A stretch of DNA of 26,425 nt from Rhodospirillales bacterium (GCA_043746675.1 JAYTQP010000115.1:1-26425); one strand, 5' to 3'; numbered from the stretch's first letter, positions 6,301 through 15,592 are shown. The notes: a model not told the origin generated them from the sequence alone. Program-made: numbers and translations.

Positions 6301-7040
6301 GCAGTGGAGCCGGTGGCAACGCCGCTGCTGTTCAGCAAGGCGACGGTGATGCCAGCGAGGTTGGTCTCAGTGGCGCCGGACTGGGTGCCATCGCCGTTGG
6401 TATCGTAATACACATGGGTGGTAAAGGAACCGGTACTCGGAGGCAAGCCGTTGGTCGGCAGTGGGGCGGTTTGGAAAGCGAGCTGCATGGTGCTGAAATC
6501 GATACCGGCGCTCGCCAACGTGACCCCGTTGGGGACCGAAAGGGTGATCGCGACATCGACCTGCACGGCGTTGTAGGCCTGCGCAAGCGCGACGAAACCG
6601 GAGCTTACGTTGGGGCCGGTGACCGTGGTCTGCCCGATAATGATGCCGTTGCTGCGCAGTGTTTCCACCGCGGAAAAGATCGCCGATCCGGGTTGGATGC
6701 CGAGGCTGGAATAATCGAAGTTGAAGGCCTCGGAGAACTGCGAAATGCCTCTCGTGGGGTTGTTGGCGATAACCGTGGTCGCGAAATCGAGTGTTTCGGT
6801 GCTGCCGGCGGCAAAGCTGCCGGCGCCGAAGGCTGACCAGACAAGTCCCTGCACGGTGGGGCTGCTGCCGATCTGGCCAGCAACTTCGGCCGGCGGCGCG
6901 CCGCCGGCGGGAATGAACAACGCCAGGCCGCTGAAATCGACCGCGGGAACCGTGGCAACCTGGATTACCGTGAGCGCGCTGTAATTGAGGGTTGTCGTAT
7001 TGATCGCAGCGTACGTGAAGCTCGAAGTTTGTGTCGTCAT
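3321..7040 (-). CDS. Large surface/extracellular protein: N-terminal beta domain, 3 SdrD-B-like repeats, split DUF11/DUF7507-like domain, Ser/Gly/Asp-rich loop, unrecognised C-terminal domain
   Basis: AGGAG RBS 8 nt before ATG 7040 (the ORF track starts at the TTG at 7043). Three ~100-aa repeats FTTHVY(Y/F)D(T/S)N.DG...LAG.TV.LL...TDANGN.SF.GL.PG.YEV; SISVDKTA...VTYTYKVSNTGNAAL...DTNHNGVLDVGETWTF; no N-terminal signal peptide. Confidence 0.9.
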   Translation of the reverse strand: MTTQTSSFTYAAINTTTLNYSALTVIQVATVPAVDFSGLALFIPAGGAPPAEVAGQIGSSPTVQGLVWSAFGAGSFAAGSTETLDFATTVIANNPTRGISQFSEAFNFDYSSLGIQPGSAIFSAVETLRSNGIIIGQTTVTGPNVSSGFVALAQAYNAVQVDVAITLSVPNGVTLASAGIDFSTMQLAFQTAPLPTNGLPPSTGSFTTHVYYDTNGDGTQSGATETNLAGITVALLNSSGVATGSTAVTDANGNVSFVGLIPGNYEVTVAAPAGDVVTQHSNVAVEVAVVAGATTLAVEGVYAPAAFTTHVYFDSNGDSLQNNGETNLAGVTVALLNGSGVATGKTSVTDANGNVSFAGLVPGSYEVAVTTPAGDSVTQHTNVLTATTLLAGQTGTAVEGLTSPAAFTTHVYYDTNKDGIQSGVTETNLAGVTVSLLTGTGASTGKTAITDANGNASFTGLAPGSYEVAVTTPAGDTVTQHTNVGTPTTLLAGQTGTAIEGVVKSGPSISVDKTASSYAVNGNGCGTTVTYTYKVSNTGNAALDTLKLVDNHGNSVTPDNITPVAVNAAGSQYNVGDTNHNGVLDVGETWTFQAKVNETGNRTDDSSTSGETHISGFNTSGGETLWARSSLNGCKTDDGNSYSFKGVKAHITYADGSKHDYDVPDSTVNFSKSCATPKTTWDSVQHSWTTTLPAGGNPGSVFMTGVPITVPDGVNMNGASVNFSVTDAHYAGTGGAPTWSVSTSAYDRFQTSSGDDASNDYSKIDVKACDSSYNGNSDNSGGDKAGSASGVQDNYSTDKYNQGTTDTSSTGDSSAISLTAIGDATAIDNVTVTAQTICASTPTSSGSDDNAGNYHGDDSGSGGDSRSSGGDSSDGSDGRKSGGDSRNSSDSNDSRKSGGDSRNRSDGSDGIKSGGDSIKSGGDSGSSSGDSSSSGSGSNDYNSSYSTGNSNNGYGSDSYANYSCSDSSSGWNGSSGSKDDYGGSSYRNGANTDEIWGSTRSDRTDNTNAASSHRSSGVDDKAVSRDTQNTEQETNSTSNCSSNGSTDTDSGTGCVVTTVTASDMVNVQVVTTNNIQIGGTATTAALSTAFGAAAKLEFTYDASNTVSPTNLQNGVAMANGSNSTGMAFIEVTNSANAFNTAAKIYFEGTVGNGAKFYADATTDIHNNSIAGGQFSTTAGQNLYTFVFADQASFLAHAAPVQTLIYDTTGQNGGMHIGDQIGSEKLVGYVSTTGHGYLTA
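4262..4470 (-). repeat. In-frame tandem repeats encoding SGGDS-(R/I)(K/N) units
   Basis: Exact 21-bp unit CTGTCGCCGCCAGATTTTATG at 4270-4290 and 4291-4311, plus ~48-bp imperfect units (SGGDSRNRSDGSDGIK / SGGDSRNSSDSNDSRK / SGGDSSDGSDGRK). Confidence 0.9.
5525..6425 (-). repeat. Three SdrD-B-like domain repeats (periods 303 and 300 bp)
   Basis: FTTHVY starts at about 6425, 6122 and 5822. Each unit carries a DxNxDG/DxNxDS Ca-binding-like loop and a TDANGN motif. Confidence 0.88.
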
Positions 7041-7151
7041 CAACCCATCTCCTGGTTACGGCCTGGATCGCTCCAAGTCACGCAGCGGCGTGCTAAAATA
7101 AGGATCTCGTCTTAACGTGAATTACGGCAATCGAGCTGGCGGCTTAAAATA

Positions 7152-7772
7152 CTAAGTACGACGGAACCGAACGCCCGCCAGCATGATGCCGGCGGTCAAC
7201 AGGGCCATAATGGATGCCGGTTCCGGAACGAGCCCGACGAACCCGGCCGCAAGCGTCAGGTTGCCGGTCTGCGGACGGAAATCGTAATTGAGGTAGACCA
7301 CCGATTGCGGAGCGAACGAGATGGCGTTTTTGGACGGATCGGTGTTGATATAGGGCGCGGACTGCGAGGCAAGAACGGTTACATCGCTGCTGTCGCGCAC
7401 GAGCAGGCCGCCAACTGCGATGCCGGTTCCCGCGACCGCCGTGCCGGCGGAGCGGATCTGCGCGCCCAAGGCGTCCGTCACCAGGAAGGTGACATTGATG
7501 TCGGTCGTCGTCCAGATGCCGGTTGGGGTGAGCGCGATGAACAAGCCAGTAGCGGCGTTTCCGCTGACCGACCAGGCGACCGTACCGCAGCCCTGGTTGC
7601 CGGAGCCGCTGGCGGTGCAGCTGTAATCCTGGATTGTCAACGCACCGTTGACGATGTTGGACGCCGGTCCGGTGGTGTTCAAAAAAGCCGCCGACGCGGG
7701 TGCGGCGAAGGCGAGCGCCGCAAGCATCGCGATCAGGACTGCGCCGCGCTTGCAAAAGATTGTCGAGACCAT
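7152..7772 (-). CDS. PEP-CTERM sorting-domain protein (206 aa)
   Basis: GAGGAG RBS 7 nt before ATG 7772; signal peptide MVSTIFCKRGAVLIAMLAALAFAAPASA; C-terminal VPEPASIMALLTAGIMLAGVRFRRT (PEP motif, TM helix, basic tail). Confidence 0.93.
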   Translation of the reverse strand: MVSTIFCKRGAVLIAMLAALAFAAPASAAFLNTTGPASNIVNGALTIQDYSCTASGSGNQGCGTVAWSVSGNAATGLFIALTPTGIWTTTDINVTFLVTDALGAQIRSAGTAVAGTGIAVGGLLVRDSSDVTVLASQSAPYINTDPSKNAISFAPQSVVYLNYDFRPQTGNLTLAAGFVGLVPEPASIMALLTAGIMLAGVRFRRT

Positions 7773-7795
7773 AAACCGCTCCTCAAATAACCGCT

Positions 7796-7824
7796 TGCCA
7801 AAAAAACGACGCTGCCAAAAAAAC
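7796..7824. repeat. 12-bp direct repeat TGCCAAAAAAAC x2 (17-bp period) upstream of the PEP-CTERM RBS
   Basis: Copies at 7796-7807 and 7813-7824. Confidence 0.8.
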
Positions 7825-8140
7825 AGCTTCATTTGATCGCTGTTCCTTACGGTATCTTTCAGGCGGCGGGGGAGGTCAAGTTCATAATAGTTGACAAATT
7901 CGAGCTTTTTTTCCCTCCAATTTTTTCTGAAATATCAATACCTTACAGGTAATTTTCGATATTAAAAAGCATTGAAAAATGCTTCGAACTTGCCGCTTCC
8001 GATCGGGTTAACGCGCCGAATGCGTTACAAGCCGTGCGAAAAAATGTGGAATTGGCCCGTGTGCTTTGTCGCGGTGTGCGGTAGGTGGTTACGCATGGCT
8101 GGGGCACGCTGCGTCGATCGCGGCGGAAAAGGCTGGCAGC

Positions 8141-8169
8141 AAAAAGGGGGCCCCAAGCGTGGGACCCCC
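8141..8169 (-). terminator. Rho-independent terminator downstream of the H1-like gene
   Basis: Minus strand GGGGGTCCCA-CGCT-TGGGGCCCCC-TTTTT. Confidence 0.88.
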
Positions 8170-8236
8170 GATTCGCTATGCTGTGGCACGTGCCCGTTTG
8201 CCGCGCGCCGCCCGAAGGTTGCGCGCGGCGGAGGGA

Positions 8237-8671
8237 TCAGGCCGCGGCCGATTTTTTGGCGGCGACTTTTTTGGCGGCCGGCTTGGCTGCCGCCGCTTTG
8301 GCGGGCGCTGCTTTCTTTGCAGCGGCCTTGGCGGGTGCTGCTTTTGCCGCCGGCTTTTTGGCTGCAGCTTTTGGCGCTGCCTTGGCCGCTTTTGGCGCCG
8401 CCTTGACTGCCGCCTTCGGCGCAGCCTTGGCTTTCGGTGCGGCTTTGGCTTTCGCCGGCGCGGCGGCTTTGGCAGCCGGTTTCTTGGCGGCTGGCTTGGC
8501 GGCGGCGGGCTTAGCGGCAGCTGGCTTAGCGGCAGCTGGGGCGGCGGCCTTTGGCGCTACCGGCTTGGCCGCCTTCGCGGCCGTTGACGCGGCGGCCGGC
8601 TTCGCGGCTTTGGTCGCAGCACGCATCGCCAGCGGCTGCGCACGCAGTTTCGACACTTCTTCGTTAGACAT
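8237..8671 (-). CDS. Histone H1-like Lys/Ala/Pro-rich protein (AAKP/PAKK repeats), 144 aa
   Basis: AAGGAG RBS 8 nt before the ATG and its own terminator. About 33 Lys and only 2 acidic residues; after residue 17 it contains only A, K, P, T, S, V. Confidence 0.88.
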   Translation of the reverse strand: MSNEEVSKLRAQPLAMRAATKAAKPAAASTAAKAAKPVAPKAAAPAAAKPAAAKPAAAKPAAKKPAAKAAAPAKAKAAPKAKAAPKAAVKAAPKAAKAAPKAAAKKPAAKAAPAKAAAKKAAPAKAAAAKPAAKKVAAKKSAAA

Positions 8672-9016
8672 CGACTATGCTCCTTGACTGCAGCCTGGGG
8701 CCTGGTCCGGGGCAGGGCCAGAAAACCAAGTCGGCTGGGTGGCGGTGGGATTGCGGAAACGGTGTTCGCCACTGCTTCGGCTAGGCCGCGCCGTTGCGTT
8801 GACACCATGGATCGACAGCAATGGCATCGCCGGCAGACCAGCGAAACCAATTTGCGCAACACGCGCGGTGGCACGTTGGGCACGCCAACAACAAACCTTC
8901 CCATCGCGCGCCGAGGCGGTAGGTTGGGTAAATCCCTGAATAGGATTTCGGTTCATTGACCGTGGCCTTCTCGCTCGGAGTGTCGCCAGACCTGCATTCG
9001 CGTGACGCGAATCGGC

Positions 9017-9064
9017 TTGACAACATCCGAATCCGCTATCCGCTTTCGCGCCGTGACATGTCAA
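9017..9064. promoter_or_regulatory. Candidate sigma70 promoter region with head-to-head TTGACA hexamers
   Basis: TTGACA on the plus strand at 9017-9022 and on the minus strand at 9064-9059, the latter overlapping the palindrome TGACATGTCA (9054-9063). The -10 elements are weak. Confidence 0.35.
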
Positions 9065-9095
9065 CAAAATTACGGTTGTTACTTGCACTGGAAGC

Positions 9096-9130
9096 AAAAA
9101 AAACGGCCGCAGCGTGTGTGCTGCGACCGT
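9096..9130 (-). terminator. Rho-independent terminator after prpC
   Basis: Minus strand ACGGTCGCAGC-ACACAC-GCTGCGGCCGT followed by a T run, about 20 nt after the prpC stop. Confidence 0.9.
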
Positions 9131-9149
9131 CGCGCGCATTTCCGCCGAA

Positions 9150-10298
9150 TTATTTGCGTGCCGCCAGCGGAACGAATGGCAGATTTTCCGGCCCGACATA
9201 ATGCGCCGCCGGGCGAATGATCTTGTTGTCGATGCGCTGTTCGATCACATGCGCGCTCCAGCCGGCGGTACGCGCGATCACGAACAGCGGCGTGAACATC
9301 GCGGTCGGCACCGCCATCATGTGATACGATACCGCGCTGAACCAATCGAGGTTGGCGAACATTTTCTTGGCGTCCATCATCACCGTTTCGATCCGCGCGG
9401 CGATGTCAAACATCTTGTTGGTATCAGCTTCTTTCGAAAGCCGCAGCGCCACGCCCTTGATCACGTGATTGCGCGGATCCGATATCGTATAGACCGGATG
9501 GCCGAAGCCGATCACCACTTCCTTGGCCGCGACCCGCGCGCGAATATCGGCCTCGGCTTCGTCCGGCGTTTCGTAACGTTTTTGAATTTCAAAGGCGACT
9601 TCGTTGGCGCCGCCATGCTTCGGGCCGCGCAGCGCGCCGATGCCGCCGGTGATCGCCGAATACATGTCCGCCCCGGTTCCGGCCACCACCCGGCAGGCAA
9701 AGGTGGATGCGTTGAATTCATGTTCTGCATACAGGTTCAGCGAGGTTTGCATCGCGCGCTCCCACGATGCACCGGGCGCCGTGCCATGCAGCAGATGCAG
9801 AAAATGCGCGGCGATGGTTTCGTCGTCGGTTTCCACTTCGATGCGGCGGCCGTTCTGCGACCAGTGATGCCAGTACAGCAACATCGATCCGAGCGAGGCC
9901 ATCAGCCGATCGGCGATGTCGCGCGCGCCCGGCGTGTTGTGATCATCCTTTTCCGGCAGCATGGAGCCGAGCATGGAAACCCCGGTGCGCATCACGTCCA
10001 TCGGATGCGCGGCCGCCGGAATGCGTTCCAGCACAGCACGCAAATCGGCCGGCAGCCCTCGCAAAGCTTTCAGCTTGGCCTTGTAGGCTTTCAACTCGGC
10101 CAGGTTCGGCAAGGTTCCGTGCACCAGCAGATGCGCCAGTTCCTCGAAGTCGCAGGTCTCGGCGATGTCGAGAATGTCGTAGCCGCGATAATGCAGATCG
10201 TTGCCGGTCCGCCCGACCGTGCACAAAGCCGTGTTGCCCGCGGCAACGCCGGACAGCGCCACCGATTTTTTCGGCTTGTTGACGACGGTTTCGCTCAT
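9150..10298 (-). CDS. prpC: 2-methylcitrate synthase
   Basis: N-terminal [33 protein letters not shown]; citrate-synthase catalytic motifs [25 protein letters not shown]; adjacent to prpD. Confidence 0.96.
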   Translation of the reverse strand: MSETVVNKPKKSVALSGVAAGNTALCTVGRTGNDLHYRGYDILDIAETCDFEELAHLLVHGTLPNLAELKAYKAKLKALRGLPADLRAVLERIPAAAHPMDVMRTGVSMLGSMLPEKDDHNTPGARDIADRLMASLGSMLLYWHHWSQNGRRIEVETDDETIAAHFLHLLHGTAPGASWERAMQTSLNLYAEHEFNASTFACRVVAGTGADMYSAITGGIGALRGPKHGGANEVAFEIQKRYETPDEAEADIRARVAAKEVVIGFGHPVYTISDPRNHVIKGVALRLSKEADTNKMFDIAARIETVMMDAKKMFANLDWFSAVSYHMMAVPTAMFTPLFVIARTAGWSAHVIEQRIDNKIIRPAAHYVGPENLPFVPLAARK

Positions 10299-10321
10299 AT
10301 CGGAACTCCCATCAAAAAATT

Positions 10322-11821
10322 TCAGAAGATGCCAGGCTTGCTCAACGCCAAAGCCCCGGCCGGCAACGCGACATTCAGCAGATGCAGATCGCCGGCCTGC
10401 AATGCCGCCAGGTTCTGTGCCGCTTCAATGAAGCGGTCGGCTTCCGTTGGCGCCACGATGCCGTCGGTCAGGATGCGGAACTTGTTGATGTAGTCGGCGC
10501 GCGCGAACGGTTTGGCGCCCATCGGATGCGCGTTGGCCAGCGCGAGTTCATCGACCAGCTTGCTGCCGTCCTGCATGGTGATTTCCACCCGCCCGCCGAA
10601 GGCCAGTTCGTTCGGATCCTTGGCGTGGTAGCGCGCCGTCCAGGCAGGATCTTCGCAGGTTGCCATCTTGTGCCAGAGTGCGACCGTATCGGGGCGGTTG
10701 GCGCGTTCCGGTGCGTAGCTTTTCACGTGATGCCAACTGCCATCCTGCAAGGCCACGGTGAAGATATACATGATCGAATGGTCGAGCGTTTCGCGGCTCG
10801 CCTTCGGGTCCATCTTCTGCGGATCGTTGGCGCCGGTGCCGATCACGTAATGGGTGTGATGGCTGGTGTGCAGCATGATGCTGGCGATCTTGCCGGTGTC
10901 GGCGATTTTGCCGCGCATGCGGAAGGCCAGATCGATCAGCGCCTGGCTTTGATATTCCGCACTATGTTCCTTGGTGTAGCTGGATAGGATGGCGCGCTTG
11001 GCCTCTCCCGGTTCGGGCAGCGGCACGTGATAGGCGCCATCCTTGTTGTTCAGCATCCAGGCGATCACGCTGTCCTCGCCTTCATAAATCGGGCTTGGCG
11101 CACCTTCGCCGCGCATCACCCGATCGACCGCCTCGACCGCCAGCTTGCCGGCGTGCGCGGGGGCGTAGGCCTTCCAACTGCTGATCTCGCCCTTGCGGGA
11201 TTGCCGCGTGGTGAAGCTGACGTGCACCGCCTGCTGCACCGCCTGATAGATGATCGCGTGCGACAGGCCGAGCAGGGTGCCGATGCCGCCGGCCTGCGCC
11301 GGGCAGAGATGCGCGATATGGTCGATCTTGCGTTCGTGCAGGCAAATCGCGCGCACCAGATCGATATGGATTTCATAGCCGGTGGCCAGCCCGCGGATCA
11401 GCTCGGCGCCGGATTTTCCCATCGTCTGCGCCACCGCCAGGATCGGCGGGATATTATCGCCGGGATGGGAATAATCGGCGGCCAGAAACGTATCGTGCAT
11501 ATCCAGTTCGCGCACCGCGGTGCCGTTTGCCCAGGCCGCCCATTCCGGGCTGAAGCGCTGATCGGACGAAATGCCGAACACGTTGGCGCCGCCGGCGCGG
11601 GGATGCCCGAGCGCCATGCCGCGGGCCGAGGTTACCGGCCGGCGATTGATCGCGGCGATGGCGACCGAGGCATTGTCGATCACCCGATTGATGATCATCG
11701 CGGCGGTGTCATCCGGCACCGCGACCGGGTCGGCGGCCACGCCGGCGAGCTTCCAGGCCAGCTGGTCCTCACGCGGCAGAGGCACCTTGGACGGATAGAC
11801 TTTAACCTCGTGCAGCTTCAT
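10322..11821 (-). CDS. prpD: 2-methylcitrate dehydratase, MmgE/PrpD family
   Basis: [58 protein letters not shown] motifs; GAGGA RBS; 23 nt upstream of prpC. Confidence 0.94.
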   Translation of the reverse strand: MKLHEVKVYPSKVPLPREDQLAWKLAGVAADPVAVPDDTAAMIINRVIDNASVAIAAINRRPVTSARGMALGHPRAGGANVFGISSDQRFSPEWAAWANGTAVRELDMHDTFLAADYSHPGDNIPPILAVAQTMGKSGAELIRGLATGYEIHIDLVRAICLHERKIDHIAHLCPAQAGGIGTLLGLSHAIIYQAVQQAVHVSFTTRQSRKGEISSWKAYAPAHAGKLAVEAVDRVMRGEGAPSPIYEGEDSVIAWMLNNKDGAYHVPLPEPGEAKRAILSSYTKEHSAEYQSQALIDLAFRMRGKIADTGKIASIMLHTSHHTHYVIGTGANDPQKMDPKASRETLDHSIMYIFTVALQDGSWHHVKSYAPERANRPDTVALWHKMATCEDPAWTARYHAKDPNELAFGGRVEITMQDGSKLVDELALANAHPMGAKPFARADYINKFRILTDGIVAPTEADRFIEAAQNLAALQAGDLHLLNVALPAGALALSKPGIF

Positions 11822-11969
11822 CTCGGCTTCCTCGGGAAAAATTGACGTAAGGGCCCGCGCTATCGGCCGGCTTGGCGACCTTCGAGGGCGGGTCTAGCCT
11901 GCCCCTGCGACTTCCTAGTTCCAGCTTTGCCGCACGGCAAGCGCCGCGCCAGCAGTGGAGGCATCCGTC

Positions 11970-13331
11970 ATGTCCAGCCCGTTCGATCGCGTCTTCCTCG
12001 GCGATCTGGTGACCGCAAGCGAAATCATTCGTAACGGCTATGTCGCCGTGCGCGGTGAAACCATCGCCGCCATCGGCCAGGGCACGCCGCCGCCTGCAGC
12101 AGACATCGCGGATCATCGCGGCCGGCTGATCCTGCCCGGGCTGGTCGATGGCCATATGCACACATCCTCGGCACTCGGCTGGCCCGGCATCGAAGGCGCG
12201 ACGCGCAGTGCGGCCGCCGGCGGGGTGACCACGGTGGTGGACATGCCCTACGATGTGCCGCAGGCGGTCACCTCGGCGGGCGTGCTGCACGCCAAGATCG
12301 AAGCGGTCGAACGCCTCGCGCACGTCGATATGGCGCTGTATGGCACCATCGCCAAAACCGGCGGCGTGGATGAAATCGCCGGGCTGGCCGAAGCCGGCAT
12401 CTCCGCCTTCAAACTATCCACCTATGAATATGATGCCGTGCGTTTCCCGCGCATCGATCACCCGACGATGCTGGCCGCCTTCACCGAAATCGCCAAAACC
12501 GGGCTGCCGGTGGCCATCCACAACGAAGACCAGGAACTGGTCGAGCGGCTGACCGAAGCCGCCCGCGCGGCCGGCAACGTGTCCGCCATCTGGCACGCCC
12601 GCACCCGGCCGCCGCTGGCCGAAACGCTGGCCGATCTGGAGATTTTCGAGCTTGGCCTGGCCACCGGCGCGCATGTCCATATCGCCCATTCCTCGCTCGC
12701 CCGCGGCTTCGACATCGCCGAGAATTTCCGCGCCATCGGTGCCCGAGCGACCGGGGAAGCCTGCATCCAGTATCTCTGTATGACCGAGGACGACCTCGTC
12801 CGCCTCGGCGGGCGCGGCAAGTGCAACCCGCCGTTTCGCACCCAGGCCGAGATCACCGAAATGTGGCACCGGCTGCTGGCGGACAAGATCGCCTACATCT
12901 CGACCGACCACGCGCCCTGGCCGCTGGATCGCAAAATGTCGGACGATATTTTCGCCAACAGCGCCGGCCTGCCGGGGATGCAGAGTTTCGCCCCGCTGAT
13001 GTTCACCTTGCTGGATGAACGCGGGCTGTCGCCGACGCTGATGGCGACCTATTGCGCCGAGCGCACGGCCAAGCTGCACGGGATTTACCCGAAGAAGGGC
13101 GCGCTGCGGATCGGCAGCGATGCCGATCTGCTGATCCTGGAAAAGACCGATTATCTGTTCGACGAGGCTGCCATCGTCGATCTGCCGGCCACGCGCTGGT
13201 CGCCCTATCACGGCCGCCCGATGCGCGCGCGGGTGGCGGCAACGGTGCTGCGCGGGCAAACCATCTGGGATGGCACGAATATTTGTGGGGCCGCCGGCGA
13301 TGGCCACTTCGTGCGGCGGCAGAGCGTGTAG
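11970..13331 (+). CDS. Cyclic amidohydrolase, allantoinase/dihydroorotase family
   Basis: GGAGG RBS 8 nt before ATG 11970. Binuclear metal ligands present: DGHMH, FKLS (carboxylated Lys), IHNED, HIAH, STDHAPW; KCNPPFR resembles allantoinases. Substrate not provable from sequence. Confidence 0.88.
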   Translation: MSSPFDRVFLGDLVTASEIIRNGYVAVRGETIAAIGQGTPPPAADIADHRGRLILPGLVDGHMHTSSALGWPGIEGATRSAAAGGVTTVVDMPYDVPQAVTSAGVLHAKIEAVERLAHVDMALYGTIAKTGGVDEIAGLAEAGISAFKLSTYEYDAVRFPRIDHPTMLAAFTEIAKTGLPVAIHNEDQELVERLTEAARAAGNVSAIWHARTRPPLAETLADLEIFELGLATGAHVHIAHSSLARGFDIAENFRAIGARATGEACIQYLCMTEDDLVRLGGRGKCNPPFRTQAEITEMWHRLLADKIAYISTDHAPWPLDRKMSDDIFANSAGLPGMQSFAPLMFTLLDERGLSPTLMATYCAERTAKLHGIYPKKGALRIGSDADLLILEKTDYLFDEAAIVDLPATRWSPYHGRPMRARVAATVLRGQTIWDGTNICGAAGDGHFVRRQSV

Positions 13332-13365
13332 CGCAGGGCTGCCCAAAGGCCGCCGAATGGTGTAT

Positions 13366-13377
13366 TGCACTGCAGCA
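13366..13377. promoter_or_regulatory. Candidate PhaR-type operator TGCACTGCAGCA
   Basis: Exact fit to TGCRNYGCASMA, 31 nt upstream of the DUF983 start; overlaps a TTGCAC -35-like hexamer. Confidence 0.5.
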
Positions 13378-13408
13378 TAGGATCGAATTCAATTGTGAGG
13401 AAGGCAAA

Positions 13409-13876
13409 ATGTCGGAAATTGCAACAGTCGCAGGGCAGGGTCAGTCTGGGCCGGATATGGTCCGTTGGTCTTCTGCCGGCGCGGTGGAGCACGCGGCCGA
13501 CGGCCTGCCGCCGATGCTGGCGATGATGAAGCGTGGCCTGCTCTGCACCTGCCCGGTCTGCGGGACGACGAAACTTTTCAACGGGTTTCTGCGCGTCAGC
13601 CGGCAATGCGGGCAATGTGGCACCGAACTTGGCAAGATGCGCGCCGACGACGCGCCGCCTTATTTTACCATCCTGCTGACCGGCCATGTGGTGGTGCCGC
13701 TGCTGTTCCTGACCGACCGCGCCTATGCGCCGCCGGTTTGGGTGCTCAGCGCGATCTTTCTGCCGCTGACCGCTGCCGTGGCGATGGCGCTGATCCGGCC
13801 GATCAAAGGTGCCACCCTGGGGGCGATGCTGAAGCTTGGGCTGGGCACGCACGACGACGCGACGCCCGATGCCTGA
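13409..13876 (+). CDS. DUF983 family membrane protein with Zn-ribbon
   Basis: GAGGAAGG RBS before ATG 13409; RGLLCTCPVCGTTKLFNGFLRVSRQCGQCGTEL followed by ADDAPPYFTILLTGHVV and two TM segments. Confidence 0.9.
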   Translation: MSEIATVAGQGQSGPDMVRWSSAGAVEHAADGLPPMLAMMKRGLLCTCPVCGTTKLFNGFLRVSRQCGQCGTELGKMRADDAPPYFTILLTGHVVVPLLFLTDRAYAPPVWVLSAIFLPLTAAVAMALIRPIKGATLGAMLKLGLGTHDDATPDA

Positions 13877-14357
13877 AACCGCCCGCCTCGCCTGCATTAC
13901 GCTGGAGGGCGAGGCGCTGATGCGCCTGTCGCCGCTGGTGGAAGCCGAGCGTGCCCAGGCGGTGGCCGATTTGCAGGCCGAAAACTATTTTGCTCCGGCC
14001 AACCTGCTGGCCGGCCCCTATGCGCTGCGGCTGTCGATCCAGGACGGCCGGCTGGTGTTCGACATCCGCGCGATGGACGATGCCCCGCTGAATGCCTCCT
14101 CGCTGAAGGCGATCGTCTTGGCGATGGGGCCGTTCCGTGGGTTGATCCGTGACTATCAGATGCTGATCGAAAGCCATTTGAAGGCGATCGAGGAGGGCCG
14201 CGAAGCCCGTATCCAGGCGATCGACATGGGCCGCCGTGGGCTGCACAACGAAGGTGCTGCCTTGATGATGCGCCGGCTGGAAGGCAAGGTGGCGATCGAT
14301 TTCGAAACCGCGCGCCGGCTTTTCACCCTGGTTTGCGTGCTGCACCAGCGGGTATAG
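13869..14357 (+). CDS. UPF0262 family protein
   Basis: [60 protein letters not shown]; ATG overlaps the DUF983 stop (ATGCCTGA). Confidence 0.9.
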   Translation: MPETARLACITLEGEALMRLSPLVEAERAQAVADLQAENYFAPANLLAGPYALRLSIQDGRLVFDIRAMDDAPLNASSLKAIVLAMGPFRGLIRDYQMLIESHLKAIEEGREARIQAIDMGRRGLHNEGAALMMRRLEGKVAIDFETARRLFTLVCVLHQRV

Positions 14358-14386
14358 GCACCCCTTCCTATCGGAGTTTTGGCGGC

Positions 14387-15505
<1,119 letters not shown>

Positions 15506-15592
15506 CGCCATGGTGGCCGCACTGGCCGCCCAAACGCGCCCGATGCCTGCATGCGGCGTGGCGGCAACAGTGTGTCGGGGGGTCGCTCTGAG

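Noticed and set aside
3234-6984. Many overlapping ORFs on both strands (Arg/Gln- or Leu/Pro-rich, 483-aa 5385..6836, etc.)
   Set aside because: Alternative-frame and antisense read-throughs of the repetitive giant gene.
7111-7125. CtrA-like TTAA-N-TTAA upstream of the giant gene
   Set aside because: Reads TTAA-N6-TTAC, not TTAA-N7-TTAA.
7972-8687. Plus-strand ORFs 7972..8406, 8066..8587, 8085..8687 (AAGLAAAF-rich)
   Set aside because: Antisense mirror of the H1-like gene, which has the RBS and the strand-correct terminator.
8745-8996. Cobalamin-riboswitch-like words GCCACTG and AGACCTGC on the plus strand
   Set aside because: Core GGGAA/GGTG..AA.CC and CCCGCAACTG elements are absent, and there is no plus-strand gene downstream.
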